Shown: positions 25,982 to 38,493 of the stretch, one piece after another
Numbering within the stretch: position 1 is the first letter of the stretch
Layout of the letters: every line of letters begins with the position of its first letter
NCBI GenBank assembly: GCA_000320545.1
Contig: ADNK01001946.1
Span: 1 to 64,000 of the forward strand
Reading direction: 5' to 3'
From: Bigelowiella natans CCMP2755
Lineage: Eukaryota > Protista > Cercozoa
Length of the DNA: 64,000 bases
Position numbers and translations under genes: made by a program
Notes under the pieces: model-generated
Databases searched by the model: none
Told to the model about the DNA's origin: nothing
Seen by the model: only the letters and a program-made list of their open reading frames with translations

Positions 25982-26399
25982 CATGGTGTGTGTGTTAGAA
26001 TACGAAAATAACAAGAATAAATCGGCTTGCAAAATCATGCGCAATGCGTGCGCTTAATGCGTGCTCACTCGCACCGCATGCACGTGACGAAGTTGTCCTT
26101 GCCGATGCGCTTTTTGGCCCGCACCTCAACGACGTTTCCTACTCATTCGAACGTAGAAGGACGTGATCTATAGCATGTATATATAGCGTGGTGATGGTGG
26201 TGGGAGGAGGTCTCGGAACTATTCTAAGGGAAAAAAAAGGTGGATTTGATTTAGTGGCAAGCACGATACGGTTATGGGTCGGAGAATAACATTGTCGTAG
26301 GTACTTTATGCGGTTCCGCACCACTTTTTTAGTAAACTCATGTGATAGTGTTTGCAAAGACGATTATCATTGTAATCATCATCATCATCATCATCATCC

Positions 26400-26438
<39 letters not shown>

Positions 26439-27580
26439 CGATTACCATCGAAAATACCTTGCTTTCCATCACATGCAATGAGGTTCGCGAGAAGTCCAAA
26501 TTCGCTCGACTAAAGAAAGAAGGTGGGAGGGGGAGGAGGGGAGAGGAGAGGGGGGCCAGGGAGGAGGGGGGAACCGAAGGAAGTATCAGAATAGAATTTC
26601 AAAATTCAAAATCCAAAATCATCCGGTTTTCCCCGAAAATGCATGCATGTACACCATCCAGCAGCTCTTCCATTCACCATAATTTTAGTGAAGGGTTGCA
26701 ATTGCATGTGCAAAGTACGTTGTATTTCTCCATGGTATGGCTGCCGTCCTCCAAGACCTGAGTGTTAGTTAAATCGTCATCAGCTTGCTGGTGATGGATT
26801 GCTTCTATGGCTCTCGATTTCGAACGATGCCATGTGATTTGCATCTCGCGATCACAGCCTTATTTCTGACCGCGTGACGCAAAAGTCAACGAAGTCCCCG
26901 AATATTCTCAAACGGGCGGGCACACCCTCTTTTCTCAGATTCTCATTTTTTTTTCCCCCTTTCTTTTCCTTTGGAAGGAGTGCTCTCTTGACAGTTTAAG
27001 CTTCCAAGCATGCATTTGAGATTGCTTTTCTCACTCGTGTCCCAGCTCACCGAACCTTTGAGTAGCGACTGCAACGGCAATTCTCCGACACATGCTCCGT
27101 CGGCATCAGCTCGGCGTTTACCCCCACAACCTAGAATAAGAGGGGGAGGGAAATCGAAGGCAACTAACATCATTTTCAATTGTTGTCGTGAGTCAACCGG
27201 TTTCTTTGTTTGGTGTGCTGCAAAACCGCTCTAAGCTGCTACCTTTGAGGAGGCAGCACCAGCACCGTACACGTAGGCGCCTATGAGATGACGACGCCAA
27301 CAGCATGATATACACAGACACAGTTTTATCTGATAATGCATAAAATTATGCATTCACACACATATTGGTATTTCCCCGGACTTCCCCTCCCCTACCCGCC
27401 GCCGCCACCTTTGAGCCCGACGTCCTCAGCGACCTGCGGGATGGTGAAGAACGCCGTGTCGTGATGTTTCGGATCGAGCAGATTCGGCACCCCCCCAATG
27501 TCAATGATGCGGGGGTTCCCGCATATTCCGGGCGCGGCCAGGCCCCATTTCGTGAGATCCGGGCACTGGACAACCTTCGT
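23703..27580 (-). CDS. C11orf54/PTD012-like zinc protein (DUF1907), many small exons; start not resolved
   Basis: Spliced exons read VVQCPDLTKWGLAAPGICGNPRIIDIGGVPNL, AYVYGAGA, EFGLLANL, VVEVRAKKRIGKDNFVTCMR, IGIGGVF, HVMPDF, WLQFYEM, DLRLEHTHFFS and GHYHFDTTPDEVEYVGYFLP, colinear with the family. Stop at 23703-23705. Confidence 0.9.
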
Positions 27581-28511
27581 CTATTTATGGTAGGGGGCGG
27601 GCATTGGGGCAATATCGGCGCAGTTTTTGCGGAGGTAGCGATCTTTCTGTCTACTACTATATACCAAAATAATGTTCGCCTATAAGCAAAATGCAGCCGG
27701 CCAGAGATGAGTGTTGTTAAAGAAATGGGCAAGTGTTATAAGGAAGCGGCAGTCCCTTAAGGTCAATGAGTAGTGTTTTATAACTAGCTATCTAAATAGC
27801 GGGTGATAAGGCAACCTCAACTGTCTCGAAATTTCCCCGTAATGATTCCTGAGGCAAGTTAAATCGTTCGTCATAATTGTATCACAATATGTGTGGCGTG
27901 GGGGGTGTGGTACACGCTAATATGTAGAGATAAGCGTGCCAGGATGCACATCTTCTTGCAAAGCAAAAACGGAATTATCGAGTTTCGCATCTAGAGCGCG
28001 TATTATTCTGTAGTTGTCTGTTTTCTTCTGAATGCGTGGGAGGTTGTAGAGACCTTGAGCATATCGGCCAATTGGCTCAGCTCGGGGACGTAAAGAGACG
28101 CCTTTTCAACCTGCCCGGCATGCAATGAGTAAATATCTCCGAACTGTTCCTCACCTCCCTTTCGCTCTAATCAATTTTGCATTATAAATTTACTTACTTC
28201 GTTCGTGTTTCGTGATCCGGTGCACCTGCGAACATACAGCACAGATTGAATAGGTTGCTAAGGGAGGATGAAGGCAGGATGCGAAGTGCAGCAGCGGCCA
28301 TGGCGAACATACCCCATTATTCGATGAGATATCCTCTCTATCCGGAGTGAGAAAGGTAATGCAGCGGCTTTGAATCGAAATATCGTCTCAGAGATCAGTA
28401 TGTCCTCCCCCTCTTGGATCGATTTGCGGCGGATGGGCTGTGGTCCTTCTGGGGAAAGGAAACAATGTTCCGAAAAAAGAATGTTCAGTAGAAAGGGTTC
28501 CTGTTTCATAG

Positions 28512-28743
28512 TGCGACAAAGTAAAATTAATGTCGCAATAAAAATCAAATGCGATTGGACAGCCGGCTAGGAGAGGGAATTAACTAGTTAATTTATCTCC
28601 TAGACCATGTCGCAGGTAGAGCATCGGTGCTAGCCAGTTTGAGTAACGGTGATGTTTATCTTGCGACAGCAGTCGGATGTTGTCGCAGAGGGAATTTGTA
28701 TTATGTTTTCCCTTATGCAAACTTGCGCTGGAGACTTGTCGCA
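28512..28743. promoter_or_regulatory. Cluster of palindromes: two TGCGACA-N12-TGTCGCA sites around a central 37-bp hairpin
   Basis: Sites at 28512-28537 and 28662-28687, extra half-sites at 28608 and 28737, and ctaggaga..aattaactagttaatt..tctcctag at 28567-28603. A regulatory role is inference. Confidence 0.4.
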
Positions 28744-31700
28744 GGTTATGAATGGCATGGCATGTTGTACTTATTCTCATGTACTGATTCTCAGCTTCCG
28801 ACTGTGCTCTGCTCTGAGCAGATATGCTCACGGAAAGACTAAATGAGGGGGAGGGGGGGGCGAACTCAATAGCCTCCGAAATCCAACCTGGAGTGCATGA
28901 AATTGATGGAAGAGGTACTTCGTCTAACATCTCAATTGCCTGCGCGAAAGTGACACGTTTGAACACTGTCTCGTGCACGTCCTCAGATAGCTATGCGAGC
29001 GTCAAAGAAGAAGAAAAGGAGGACGGGTGTATGAGCAAGTTGTCACTCTATCTCATAAGCCACGCTGAACAACGATTTTATGTGTCACTATAAATATTTT
29101 CGGGAAAATTCCTCCTTCTCTCTGCATCTAAGCGAAGACTCGCGCACAAGTATATTTACCAGAAAGACAAACATCCAATTTGACAGACGAATTTCTCTCC
29201 TTTCTACCACGCCTTCTCCATGCCGCATCCTATGCGATCGCCTAGATGCCCCAGATGGGTTCAGGTTATTTTGCCATGGGTGGCGAAGCTCCAGGAGTTA
29301 TTGTCCCTCTTGGCGTTCATATGGCTGTTCAGGTGTACCATAGTCTTCCAGTTTTCGAAGATGATCGATCAATTCGTAGCTGCAATACTTTGTTATTCAT
29401 CCCCGCTCTGTCTTTTTAAAAAATTACAATTTCCTCCCTTATCCTTCCTTCCAAACCCCCCTCTCTTTTTAGTGTGCTATCGCTCAAAGCCGGCACAGTA
29501 GTAGGCAGCGTACTCGCACTGTTTGGCGTCGGTACTAATTGCTTATAGCGATGGTTCGTTTAACACAGAGTCTAGTTGGGCAAACACAGAGTATAATTTG
29601 CGAAAATTTCTCATCATGTTCGCCTATTCGTATCTCAGCATACCGCTTGTATAAGGGAGATTTCCGGCCTGGTATGTTTATAACTTCATGAGAATCTTTT
29701 ACGGAGCAGCACTTGTTGTAGTCATAGTGTAGCGATAGTAGTAGTAGGAGTAATAGTTTTTGTTGTTGTTGTGGTGGTGGTGGTAGTAATAGAGATAGAA
29801 GTGGTAGGCGGTAGGAATGATTGTACGGTGAGAGGGTGTGTCAAATTGTGGTGATAAATATGAGAGGATAAGGGAATGGGCTCCTCAAAACGAGTGATAA
29901 CACGAACACAAAAAAATAGCCAAAAACAGCAACTTCGCATAACCCTGTAATAAGAACTCGAAAGAGCGAAGCATGGCCATGGTGCTTGTACGGAGACAAA
30001 ACCTTTCCTATTCCGTTCCATCGTCTTCTCCTCTCTTTCTTTAAATCTACTCCGGCTTTGTGCTACCGAAGGTTTTTTTGCCATTGGATTTCCAGTCTTG
30101 ATGACGCTGATGGTTCCTCTCGTTTACGCGGACATAAATGGCTTCAATCAGCACTGGTAATCGCCTCTGCGCAATGGCGCCGCCCGCAGTGGCCCTTCAT
30201 GGTGGATGACGCATGAGTCTAATTCTTCTCACAATCGAAAATCCAGGGCGGATGTAGATATCAACAGCGGGCTTTTCTTGATTTGCTTGTGCTCAGTCGT
30301 AGCCAAAAAACCGGTAATATATGCGGTATTTAGTGCTGCTGTCAAATACACCCCCCATCCAACAAGAGAGTACATTGGAGCGAAGCGCGGGAACATGTTG
30401 CGCGGTAGAAACCATGGCTGCTTTATTTAGCTAGAAGGGCGTTCGATAGTCTGTAGAAAGAATGCGAGCGGCGGCTACTGCCGTCGTTTATGTTACTTCG
30501 TAGCAAGGAATTAGGTGATAATGCCATCGCTTTTCAGGCCTTGATGGAGTTTTTCCCTGAAGAAAAGAAAGCTCTAGTGCACCTTCCTTTCATGATGAAA
30601 ACGGCATATACAGGTGTATTGCTAAGTCGTCTAGACGCGTTAGTCGCCAAGATAGCTTGGCATGGCACCTGTTGTTCTCTGGGTCCCCTGCCGTAGTTGG
30701 AATGCTGGTTGAAGTTGACGTGAGAGGAAGCTACAGCTTCTCATTCACATGATGCACAAACTGAAATATCTTACATTCGAAACCGAATTTGGCGTGTCGG
30801 TGTCGGTGTCGGTGTCGGTGTCGCTGTGTTGTCGCTATCCCTGTTTCCCCTCCAGTTACGGCGATTTGGATGGCGTACTTTCTGGCGATCATTGGCATAA
30901 ATCTTCTCGTGATTTGGTATGAGGTCTCTGGGACGCAATCGAGCAAAGGTAGGCGAGTACATCCCTCCGAACATACCGGAAACTAACCCTGTCGTAAGAG
31001 CGCTCGAGCTATTCGTCGAGTGTCCCTTTCGGAAGAGATCGATGTCTCGTTGTTAAAACCAACATGCTCGCGGTGTATGCTGGTGATGTAAAGATATGGC
31101 CAATGAATCCATCGCAGTGCATGCTTGATTTCTCACTCCTCTTCCTTCATTATCCTTCTTGACCTTCGACTTCGGTAAACTACGTGTTAGGGACTCGGGC
31201 CGCTTTTGCATTGATACCAACGGTCTCGCTAATAGCGCTAGCTTTCTGTATTTCGCCGAGACTCTTGGTATTTTTCGAAGAGTTTTACAGACTGAGGGAT
31301 GAAAACGGGGGGGGGCGAGCGCGGTCACTTAGCTCTATGTTAGTGGACTGAAAAGCAGATACCATGACTGCATTGTGTAGTCTTATTGCGTTGGCTGTCA
31401 ATGTATTGTGGTTATTTATCGTTGCTTTGAAATGTGAGACGGATGTAATGAAGGGATTAAATTATGTTAGAATTAATATGTACCTGTTGATAATGCTCTA
31501 TGCATGGCCGAGTGCATGCATGCGCACTTCCATGCTATAACAGCAGACGATGATAGCGCTCGTCGCCGTACATGTGTAGCTGTGATCTATAGTGAGATAA
31601 TCTGCTGGTTGCGTGCGCTATTTCGTCATTAATTCTGGTAATAACAGCTCATGCCATGTATTGCATTCACGGCTCATAGGCGCGACAGTAGTAGACTCCG

Positions 31701-32010
31701 CAAGTATATTTAATATATATACAGCGTATGTACATGCATCACATTGCATGTCTATTATCTCCTTGTATTTGAACGTACAACGTCGTCCTTCATTTCAGCT
31801 GCGCATCTACCTACCTACACGCAGCATGCTAGCTAGCATGTGTGATAACCTGACATAATCTATATGCATGGTATGTACATGGCAGCACCATATATGCTTT
31901 ATGATGTGGCTCGCAGAGTAGTCTACGGCCGATCGAATTTATATAATATTACGTTCGCCTACGTACATATTTCACTCAGATTCTCAGAATATATAATACA
32001 ACCATACAAT

Positions 32011-32046
<36 letters not shown>

Positions 32047-32099
32047 CTTTATGTTTGGGAAGGCTATTATATCACTATCTATAGACAACTATGCACATA

Positions 32100-32660
32100 T
32101 GCGACTACATACACAGCAACAATGGCATGCATGATGTGCACGTGATCGATCGCAATGAGCAGCGCGAGGATCGAGCAACGTGCAATAATGCTGCAAGCGA
32201 AATGCAACGTTGTATTTTGTTTGCTAGCACAATTGGTTTGATGTGCTGTGCGTGCACATGTGTGTGTGTGTGTGTGTGTTTGTGTGTGTTGATGTTGATG
32301 TTGTGGCAACAAAACCATGTTGTTTGTGACCCTGGAGACTTGTCTCCATGAGACACCTATCTAGTAGCTAGCTAGCCATGGACACTAGCTAGCTAGCACA
32401 TCCTACATTTTGCAACATGATAGTCATGCCGTGTACATGTTGTCAATGTGATGAACATTGTGTGAAGAACTATGCAGTGTAGTTATAGGGACCACATAGT
32501 TGCGATTGTGGTTGTCACATTTACCGGGGCAGGGCTACGACATGCATGCTGTGCGCCTGTTCATGCTCTGCAGTGTTCCTCAATTTGGCAATTCCACTTC
32601 TTATCACATTTACATAATATCTCATACTCATCATCAGTTGCCAACACACATCCGACCATC
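32100..32660. other. TpA-depleted patch 4 (moderate)
   Basis: gcatgc, ctagctag and acatgt tracts downstream of the 3' end of the 32687-33916 gene. Confidence 0.6.
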
Positions 32661-32686
32661 ACAGCAATGAGCTAAACATTTGGTCT

Positions 32687-33916
32687 TCATCCGTCATCTT
32701 CACGCTCATCTGCTTCGAGTTCACTAGGAAGTCGTTGATTCCCACAGGTAAGCGTTGAAAAGCACGGATGATCCTCAATATCGTCGTCTTCGATGTCTCC
32801 GCTAACATCTACCAGCATAATCCATTCCTTCAAATCCGGACGATTCGGTGATACGATGGTCTCTATTGATCGCTTGCGAGCTGAATTGCGCATGGCATCC
32901 ATCGTCGTCTTAGTAACATTTAGAGAGTTGAGCGTACCCATCGCAAAGTTGTAAGGGTTATTCCAACTTAGATCTGCACAGAGCGTCTGTATGTGCGGAT
33001 GAATGATAGGCTGTTCATTGAGCGGGGACATGAGGCACGCATCATGAGTGAATGTCCGATCGAGGCTCCTCACGAGATTTAGAGGGAGGAGGTCCTTTGT
33101 CTCTTTCAATTTTGCCCCAGCTTCGGTCTGCAGCTCGTCGATGTAGTGTTCGACGAAAGCGCTTGTTGTGTTCTTGCTCTGGGCTGCCTGGTACATCTCA
33201 TACGGGCGGGTGAGGGCGGCGTGAGCATCTTCGCGCTTGACGAAGTTGGCCCAATCTATCCATCGGTACCCATGCACGTCCTCAAAATTCCACATGCAGT
33301 GCGGGCGCACTGGAAGATACCATTGTGCGTCAGGGCGGGTTTTCATAACAAAGTCGAATTTCGTGTTTTCTTGCTTCTCATAGGCCTCGATGTCTTCCAT
33401 GCAAGCCTGCATGCTTCGGAGTTGCCCAACAAGAGCCATCTCGTAGCTATTACATTCTTTAAATTCAGCGTTGGGGTTACATTTGAGGAGGTTGTCTTGT
33501 TCCACAAAACTCACTTTCGCAGGACTTAATGAATCGATTGCTACTTTAAGATCCTTGTCATCAATGGATTCTGAAGAAGGTTGAAAAGCAGATTGGTCCT
33601 GCGAGTGTAGCCTCATGAACACCTTGAAGTCGCCACCAAATGCCTTGATCAAATTTTCTTGAATGGTTCTATGGGTGATCGGGTTTACGAAAGTTCTTGG
33701 AGATCCAGTAAGGCACAAGGCAACGTTTGGGCGCTTGTAGTTTGAACAGAGAAGGTCAGATACGGACATTGTTTGAGATTTTTTCCACATGGTCGCCTGT
33801 GACAAGCTATCTGCTCTCTCCGCAGTAAGAACGGTACTGCCGCTCGGCTGACTTCTAGTAAGAGCTGTTGCATGCTGTGCGAAGATGAAGGCGAGGGCGA
33901 GGATTGAACCCCACAT
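32687..33916 (-). CDS. Secreted or lumenal glycosyltransferase-like protein, 409 aa, intronless
   Basis: Signal peptide MWGSILALAFIFAQHATA. Motifs VALCLTGSPRTF and FDFVMKTRPD resemble GT-A-like hypothetical families. Confidence 0.7.
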   Translation of the reverse strand: MWGSILALAFIFAQHATALTRSQPSGSTVLTAERADSLSQATMWKKSQTMSVSDLLCSNYKRPNVALCLTGSPRTFVNPITHRTIQENLIKAFGGDFKVFMRLHSQDQSAFQPSSESIDDKDLKVAIDSLSPAKVSFVEQDNLLKCNPNAEFKECNSYEMALVGQLRSMQACMEDIEAYEKQENTKFDFVMKTRPDAQWYLPVRPHCMWNFEDVHGYRWIDWANFVKREDAHAALTRPYEMYQAAQSKNTTSAFVEHYIDELQTEAGAKLKETKDLLPLNLVRSLDRTFTHDACLMSPLNEQPIIHPHIQTLCADLSWNNPYNFAMGTLNSLNVTKTTMDAMRNSARKRSIETIVSPNRPDLKEWIMLVDVSGDIEDDDIEDHPCFSTLTCGNQRLPSELEADEREDDG

Positions 33917-34391
33917 CCTTCTCCAATGAGAAGAATCGTCAATTCAATTATTCAACAAACCATGTTGTTACTGCAAGGAATTGTCATAGCGAATTATAAG
34001 ATAATAGAAGAGTATTTGAATGACGTAGGGACAAAACCGGATGATTTTGCTACATTATAATATTTCTGTGAGACTCTCCTAGGCTGACATCCCCAGATTA
34101 ATTGCACACAAACGTGGTTCATCCTCGCATTTCATCTGAAACGGAGGAGACGGTGCAAATATCGCCTCTGTTATATATCCTGCGACAATAAGCTATCCTT
34201 CGCCATTAAAATGTAGAACTTTTATTCGCAGTTTTTCTAATAGTTGATCTACCGGTAATCTAGTCATGTAACATTGTAAAATTACAGTCGAAAATGAAGG
34301 AACGACAATAAAAAAGGAGTCGTTTCATCTAAATAAGCGGATAAGAGGCGACATCAACCCATCAACTTTCCATCCTCCCCCGCAACTTGGA

Positions 34392-35288
34392 ATGACGCTG
34401 CTCGTTACCGCAATCGCTGCCTTCTCCCTTGCCCTACCGGTTCGATCAGATCCGGACATGCCCCACCTTACTCAGGCGTGGCAGGCTGAGTCCACTGGAG
34501 ACGGTTTACCTGGTGCGGTCGGTAAGGAATCGTACATCTACGAGGAGTGCAAGAAGACCTCCGAGACCTGCTTGCAAGCTCACATTTTCGATTATGGGGC
34601 AGACAACTGCATCAAGATCGAAGTTAACGGCGGTTTCAAATACCCTTACGGAGCCGTGGGATCAGGAACTTACTACGTCAAATGCGAGTCAGTTGACTGT
34701 TGCTATGCTGGCCAAGGAACCGATGTTCCCAGCATTAAGAAATGGGACATCGGGCCTGAAAATCTGCTGACCAAAGTAAAATACCTCGGCAAGCGTGACA
34801 CCACAGAGCTGTTCAACAACTCTGTCCACGGGGCAGAGGTATGGAGCCAGACAACTTCCATCCCATTCTCCAAGATTGGCATCGACTACACTTTCTACGT
34901 TACTCGCAAAACAAACCCGGACAACACGACCGACGTCGTCACACACCGCATCGACTATTCTGTTCCCGGAGACACCAAAGTCAAGGCAGGCAGCATTTTG
35001 TACGGCGATTTCAAGGTGATTAAAAACATCACCGCTTTCCGTGACTACTTCAGGCCCCCTCCAGTGTGCGAGGCCTCTTCAGTCAGATCCTGCGACGCTG
35101 AAAAAGTTAGGCAATGGGAGAGCAAGTACTTCAGCCGTTCTCAGCCACCGCAGTATGCGACCGATAAGGGCTCCTGTACCGGCCCTCACGAATTCTGCTG
35201 CCCGGCCCCTATGGACGATGTCAACAACTGTCCGGCGGGGGCTCGAACCTCTGACTGCGACGCTAAGAAATCCTGTTGCTGTGCTTGA
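34392..35288 (+). CDS. Secreted cysteine-rich hypothetical protein, 298 aa, intronless
   Basis: Signal peptide MTLLVTAIAAFSLALPVRS, long clean ORF, C-terminal Cys-rich module (CTGPHEFCCP...CDAKKSCCCA). Confidence 0.8.
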   Translation: MTLLVTAIAAFSLALPVRSDPDMPHLTQAWQAESTGDGLPGAVGKESYIYEECKKTSETCLQAHIFDYGADNCIKIEVNGGFKYPYGAVGSGTYYVKCESVDCCYAGQGTDVPSIKKWDIGPENLLTKVKYLGKRDTTELFNNSVHGAEVWSQTTSIPFSKIGIDYTFYVTRKTNPDNTTDVVTHRIDYSVPGDTKVKAGSILYGDFKVIKNITAFRDYFRPPPVCEASSVRSCDAEKVRQWESKYFSRSQPPQYATDKGSCTGPHEFCCPAPMDDVNNCPAGARTSDCDAKKSCCCA

Positions 35289-35559
35289 TCATTCTGCTGT
35301 ACCACACAACTGGCGTGAGGCCGATTCAAACAGATGACATGTTGCGGTAGATTACGCACCGTCATTGTGGTAAAATGGAAAAGTAGATGCCTTAAACTTT
35401 GTTAAGTCGTTTGCATGCGTGCCCTACGAGCTAATAGACATCGTATCTGCTACATAGCTAGCACCTGCTATGTGTTTTATTGGTGAAGGTCATTCGCATT
35501 TACATTACTTACAGAGTTTGGCAAATTAATAAATTGTGAGCAAGTGCAAATTAATTTGT

Positions 35560-37000
35560 CTGTGGCTAGCTAGCTCTAGAGATGACTCCGTATGTGCTCA
35601 ATGGCTGCATGCGAGACTGCGAGACCACACACATTACAGCGATGTTATTTTTTTGTGCGGCCATGACAATAGTAAGTCGCACATCATGGAGCCGCATACA
35701 TGTAGCAGGCCTCTTCCCATTATTATTCGATAGTGCTTATATGAGTAATTTGATCGATCGATACGTCAGTGCATTGCATGCTCTATGTCTAGATGTCTAA
35801 TGCTGCATGCTAGCAGGTTGCACATACGTACTAGCTGCGTACGTGTACAATCAATTTACGCATGACTTACATGTACATCCACCAGATGCAAATGATGTGT
35901 GCTGCATGTGTGCTCGATCTGTGCGTGCCCAAAACATGTATCACATTACAGCTCCGTCAAACCCGGTAACGACGGGGTTGTGAACAGTGCAGCGCTTTGC
36001 AACGCGCTTTGAAGCAGCAGGCAGTCGCAGTTGGTCAAAGAAAAGTCATCAAAACTTGTCCGATGGCCAAACCTCAAAAATGACCGAAATGTTGACCCAA
36101 GCGTCCATTTTCAAGGCCTCAGTGAGCGCGCAAAGTGTGAAATTTCACACCCGTTGTGCAGAGGATGCACGCTGTGCATTTCTTCTCTGCCACATTTTGA
36201 ATGATTTTGCGCGTGTGTTCAACCAAATGTGATATGCACGAAAAATTTCAAAGAAATGCGAGCAAATCCAATGTCCATCACATCACACGACGCGCTTGAT
36301 CGCGCGCAAATGCTTCCAAATGCATGTTCTGGCGATTCGTTACAGGTTTGACGGAGCTGTGATACGCGTACAAACATGTGTGTGCAGCGCATGCGAAAAA
36401 CTTGTAAAACAAGCAGCCGCGCGCGCACTTTGTTGTGTTGCATGTCCAGATAGCTGCAATCGATGCGCACATGCGACAATAATATTGAAAAAAATGATGG
36501 ACACAGCAATGATATGTGTGTCGTAGCACGTTGCGCATGTCCATCATGAAAAACAATGCATTCACATCACATTCGTTTCATGCGGTTTGCGAACAGTGCA
36601 GGCGACATAAATGTGCCCAATAATAATGATGCCGCCAGTCGAGCAATGCTAGAATGACGAACAACAGCTTGCACGACTTTTTCCTTTGAAACAAACCTAA
36701 TTATAATCATCACCAGCTGCTGTGCCTACGTCAAAAAGTCTGCATCAAAACGCACAACGAAGCATGCATGCTGCTCAGTCATTATAGCCTGGCTTTGACA
36801 TACAACAGTATACATGCGCGCATAAATCACGCGACGACGCGTTAACAGCAGCGCGACTGAATTCCAGCATGGGTAAATGAGGTTGAAACTAGCATGCAAG
36901 TTGTACCCTCGTGGTTCGCACAGTCAGGACATGCGAGACGACTAAAGCGCACTTAGCTGCTCCGTCGGTATCTTCTCCATGCAATTAGACCGAAGACTGC
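35560..37000. other. TpA-depleted patch 5 between convergent 3' ends
   Basis: No TA seen in 35969-36232 despite many A/T runs; CpG is plentiful. Confidence 0.8.
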
Positions 37001-37595
37001 ACATCCCACTGCCGTCTGAAGAAAACAAAATAACCAGTAATTGAACGATGGAAATGATCGATGCCGGGGGACCAAAAGAAAGTCGTTTTGTGTCATAAAT
37101 CAGCAGAGGGCGAATGGTGTATATTGCTGGCGCCTAGTCACAGCTTCTAGCTTGCGTCGCCAGATCTAGTTCTACATTCATCGCTCTACGTTGCATGCGA
37201 GTGGTAAAATGCAAAGATCGACGGATCGGCCTTGGCATTTCGAATATCTGTTTTCTGCGTTTTTCCGGTTCCGTGATAATGGTTCGGTGTCACTACCACC
37301 ACCACCACCACCACTGCTACTGCTGCTGCTACTACTACTACTACTACCACTATGCCGCTGAAGACTGGGGCCATGTGTCCGAATGTGCTTTTTTCACTTG
37401 GAAGCTGATTGTTTGAGCGAACGCGATCATCATCATCATCATCATCGTCATCATCATTATCGCAGTGGCTCAGAGGACAAAATTGCTACATACGCCCACC
37501 CAAGGACACAGCTCAAAGCAAAGTTTCAACAGCAGCTCAAATGGCTTCATAGACCCGCGACAATACAAATAAAATAGATAAATATTTTACATATT

Positions 37596-37639
<44 letters not shown>

Positions 37640-37714
37640 CATCATACATTTTCTTCCCTCTCGTGCACTATTCGCACCGACAGTGCAAGTTCCGTGCCTC
37701 CATCCACACCCCCA

Positions 37715-38021
37715 TCACCACACAAACGCTTCGATGTCGTTGGATGCGGACGGAGCCCCCCTTCCAAAGCTACACACACACACACGCAAACACCACACCA
37801 AACACACATTACCTTTGCGCTCGACTTCGAGGTGTAGAGCTTGCTGATCTCCTTCTGCTGCAGCTCTCGCGCGTGCGTTTGGTCGTCGGAGTCGAGAGGC
37901 GAAGTGATAATGGCCTGTGGTTGATGTGATTGCTGTTATTGCTGCTGCTGTTTCTGCTTGTTGGCTTCACGCGCGTGAGCAAGCCATGCTCGTAGAGCAC
38001 ACATAAACACAAATAGAAGAT

Positions 38022-38056
<35 letters not shown>

Positions 38057-38213
38057 TGTCTATAACATCATAACTTGTTTTAAATTCACTCGTATTGCTA
38101 CGGTGCTACTGTATCACCTCCAACACAGCGATGGCAGCCTGCCTTTCCATGAAGGCCTTTCAATAATATACGGGGCGGCGTTTTGTCACTTCATCAAGCA
38201 CATGAAGACACAC

Positions 38214-38245
<32 letters not shown>

Positions 38246-38449
38246 AAATATTAAATATATATATATATATATATATATATACTCTATAAGGCTTTGCGCG
38301 CTTACCGTCTCCTCCTTACTCAAGAAATCATTCGATCTGAACATCCACAAACAAGCAACCAGAGCAAAGCAGGCGAGGGGTGAAAAAGCAATCACAGCAC
38401 AAACGCCCCGCAGCAAAGATAGCAGAGCATGCGTCTCTCTCTCCCCCCC

Positions 38450-38493
<44 letters not shown>

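Noticed and set aside
27750-31450. Short ORFs (e.g. 28824-29093, 30490-30696) as genes
   Set aside because: I could not build a consistent spliced model or recognise a domain, so the region is left unannotated.
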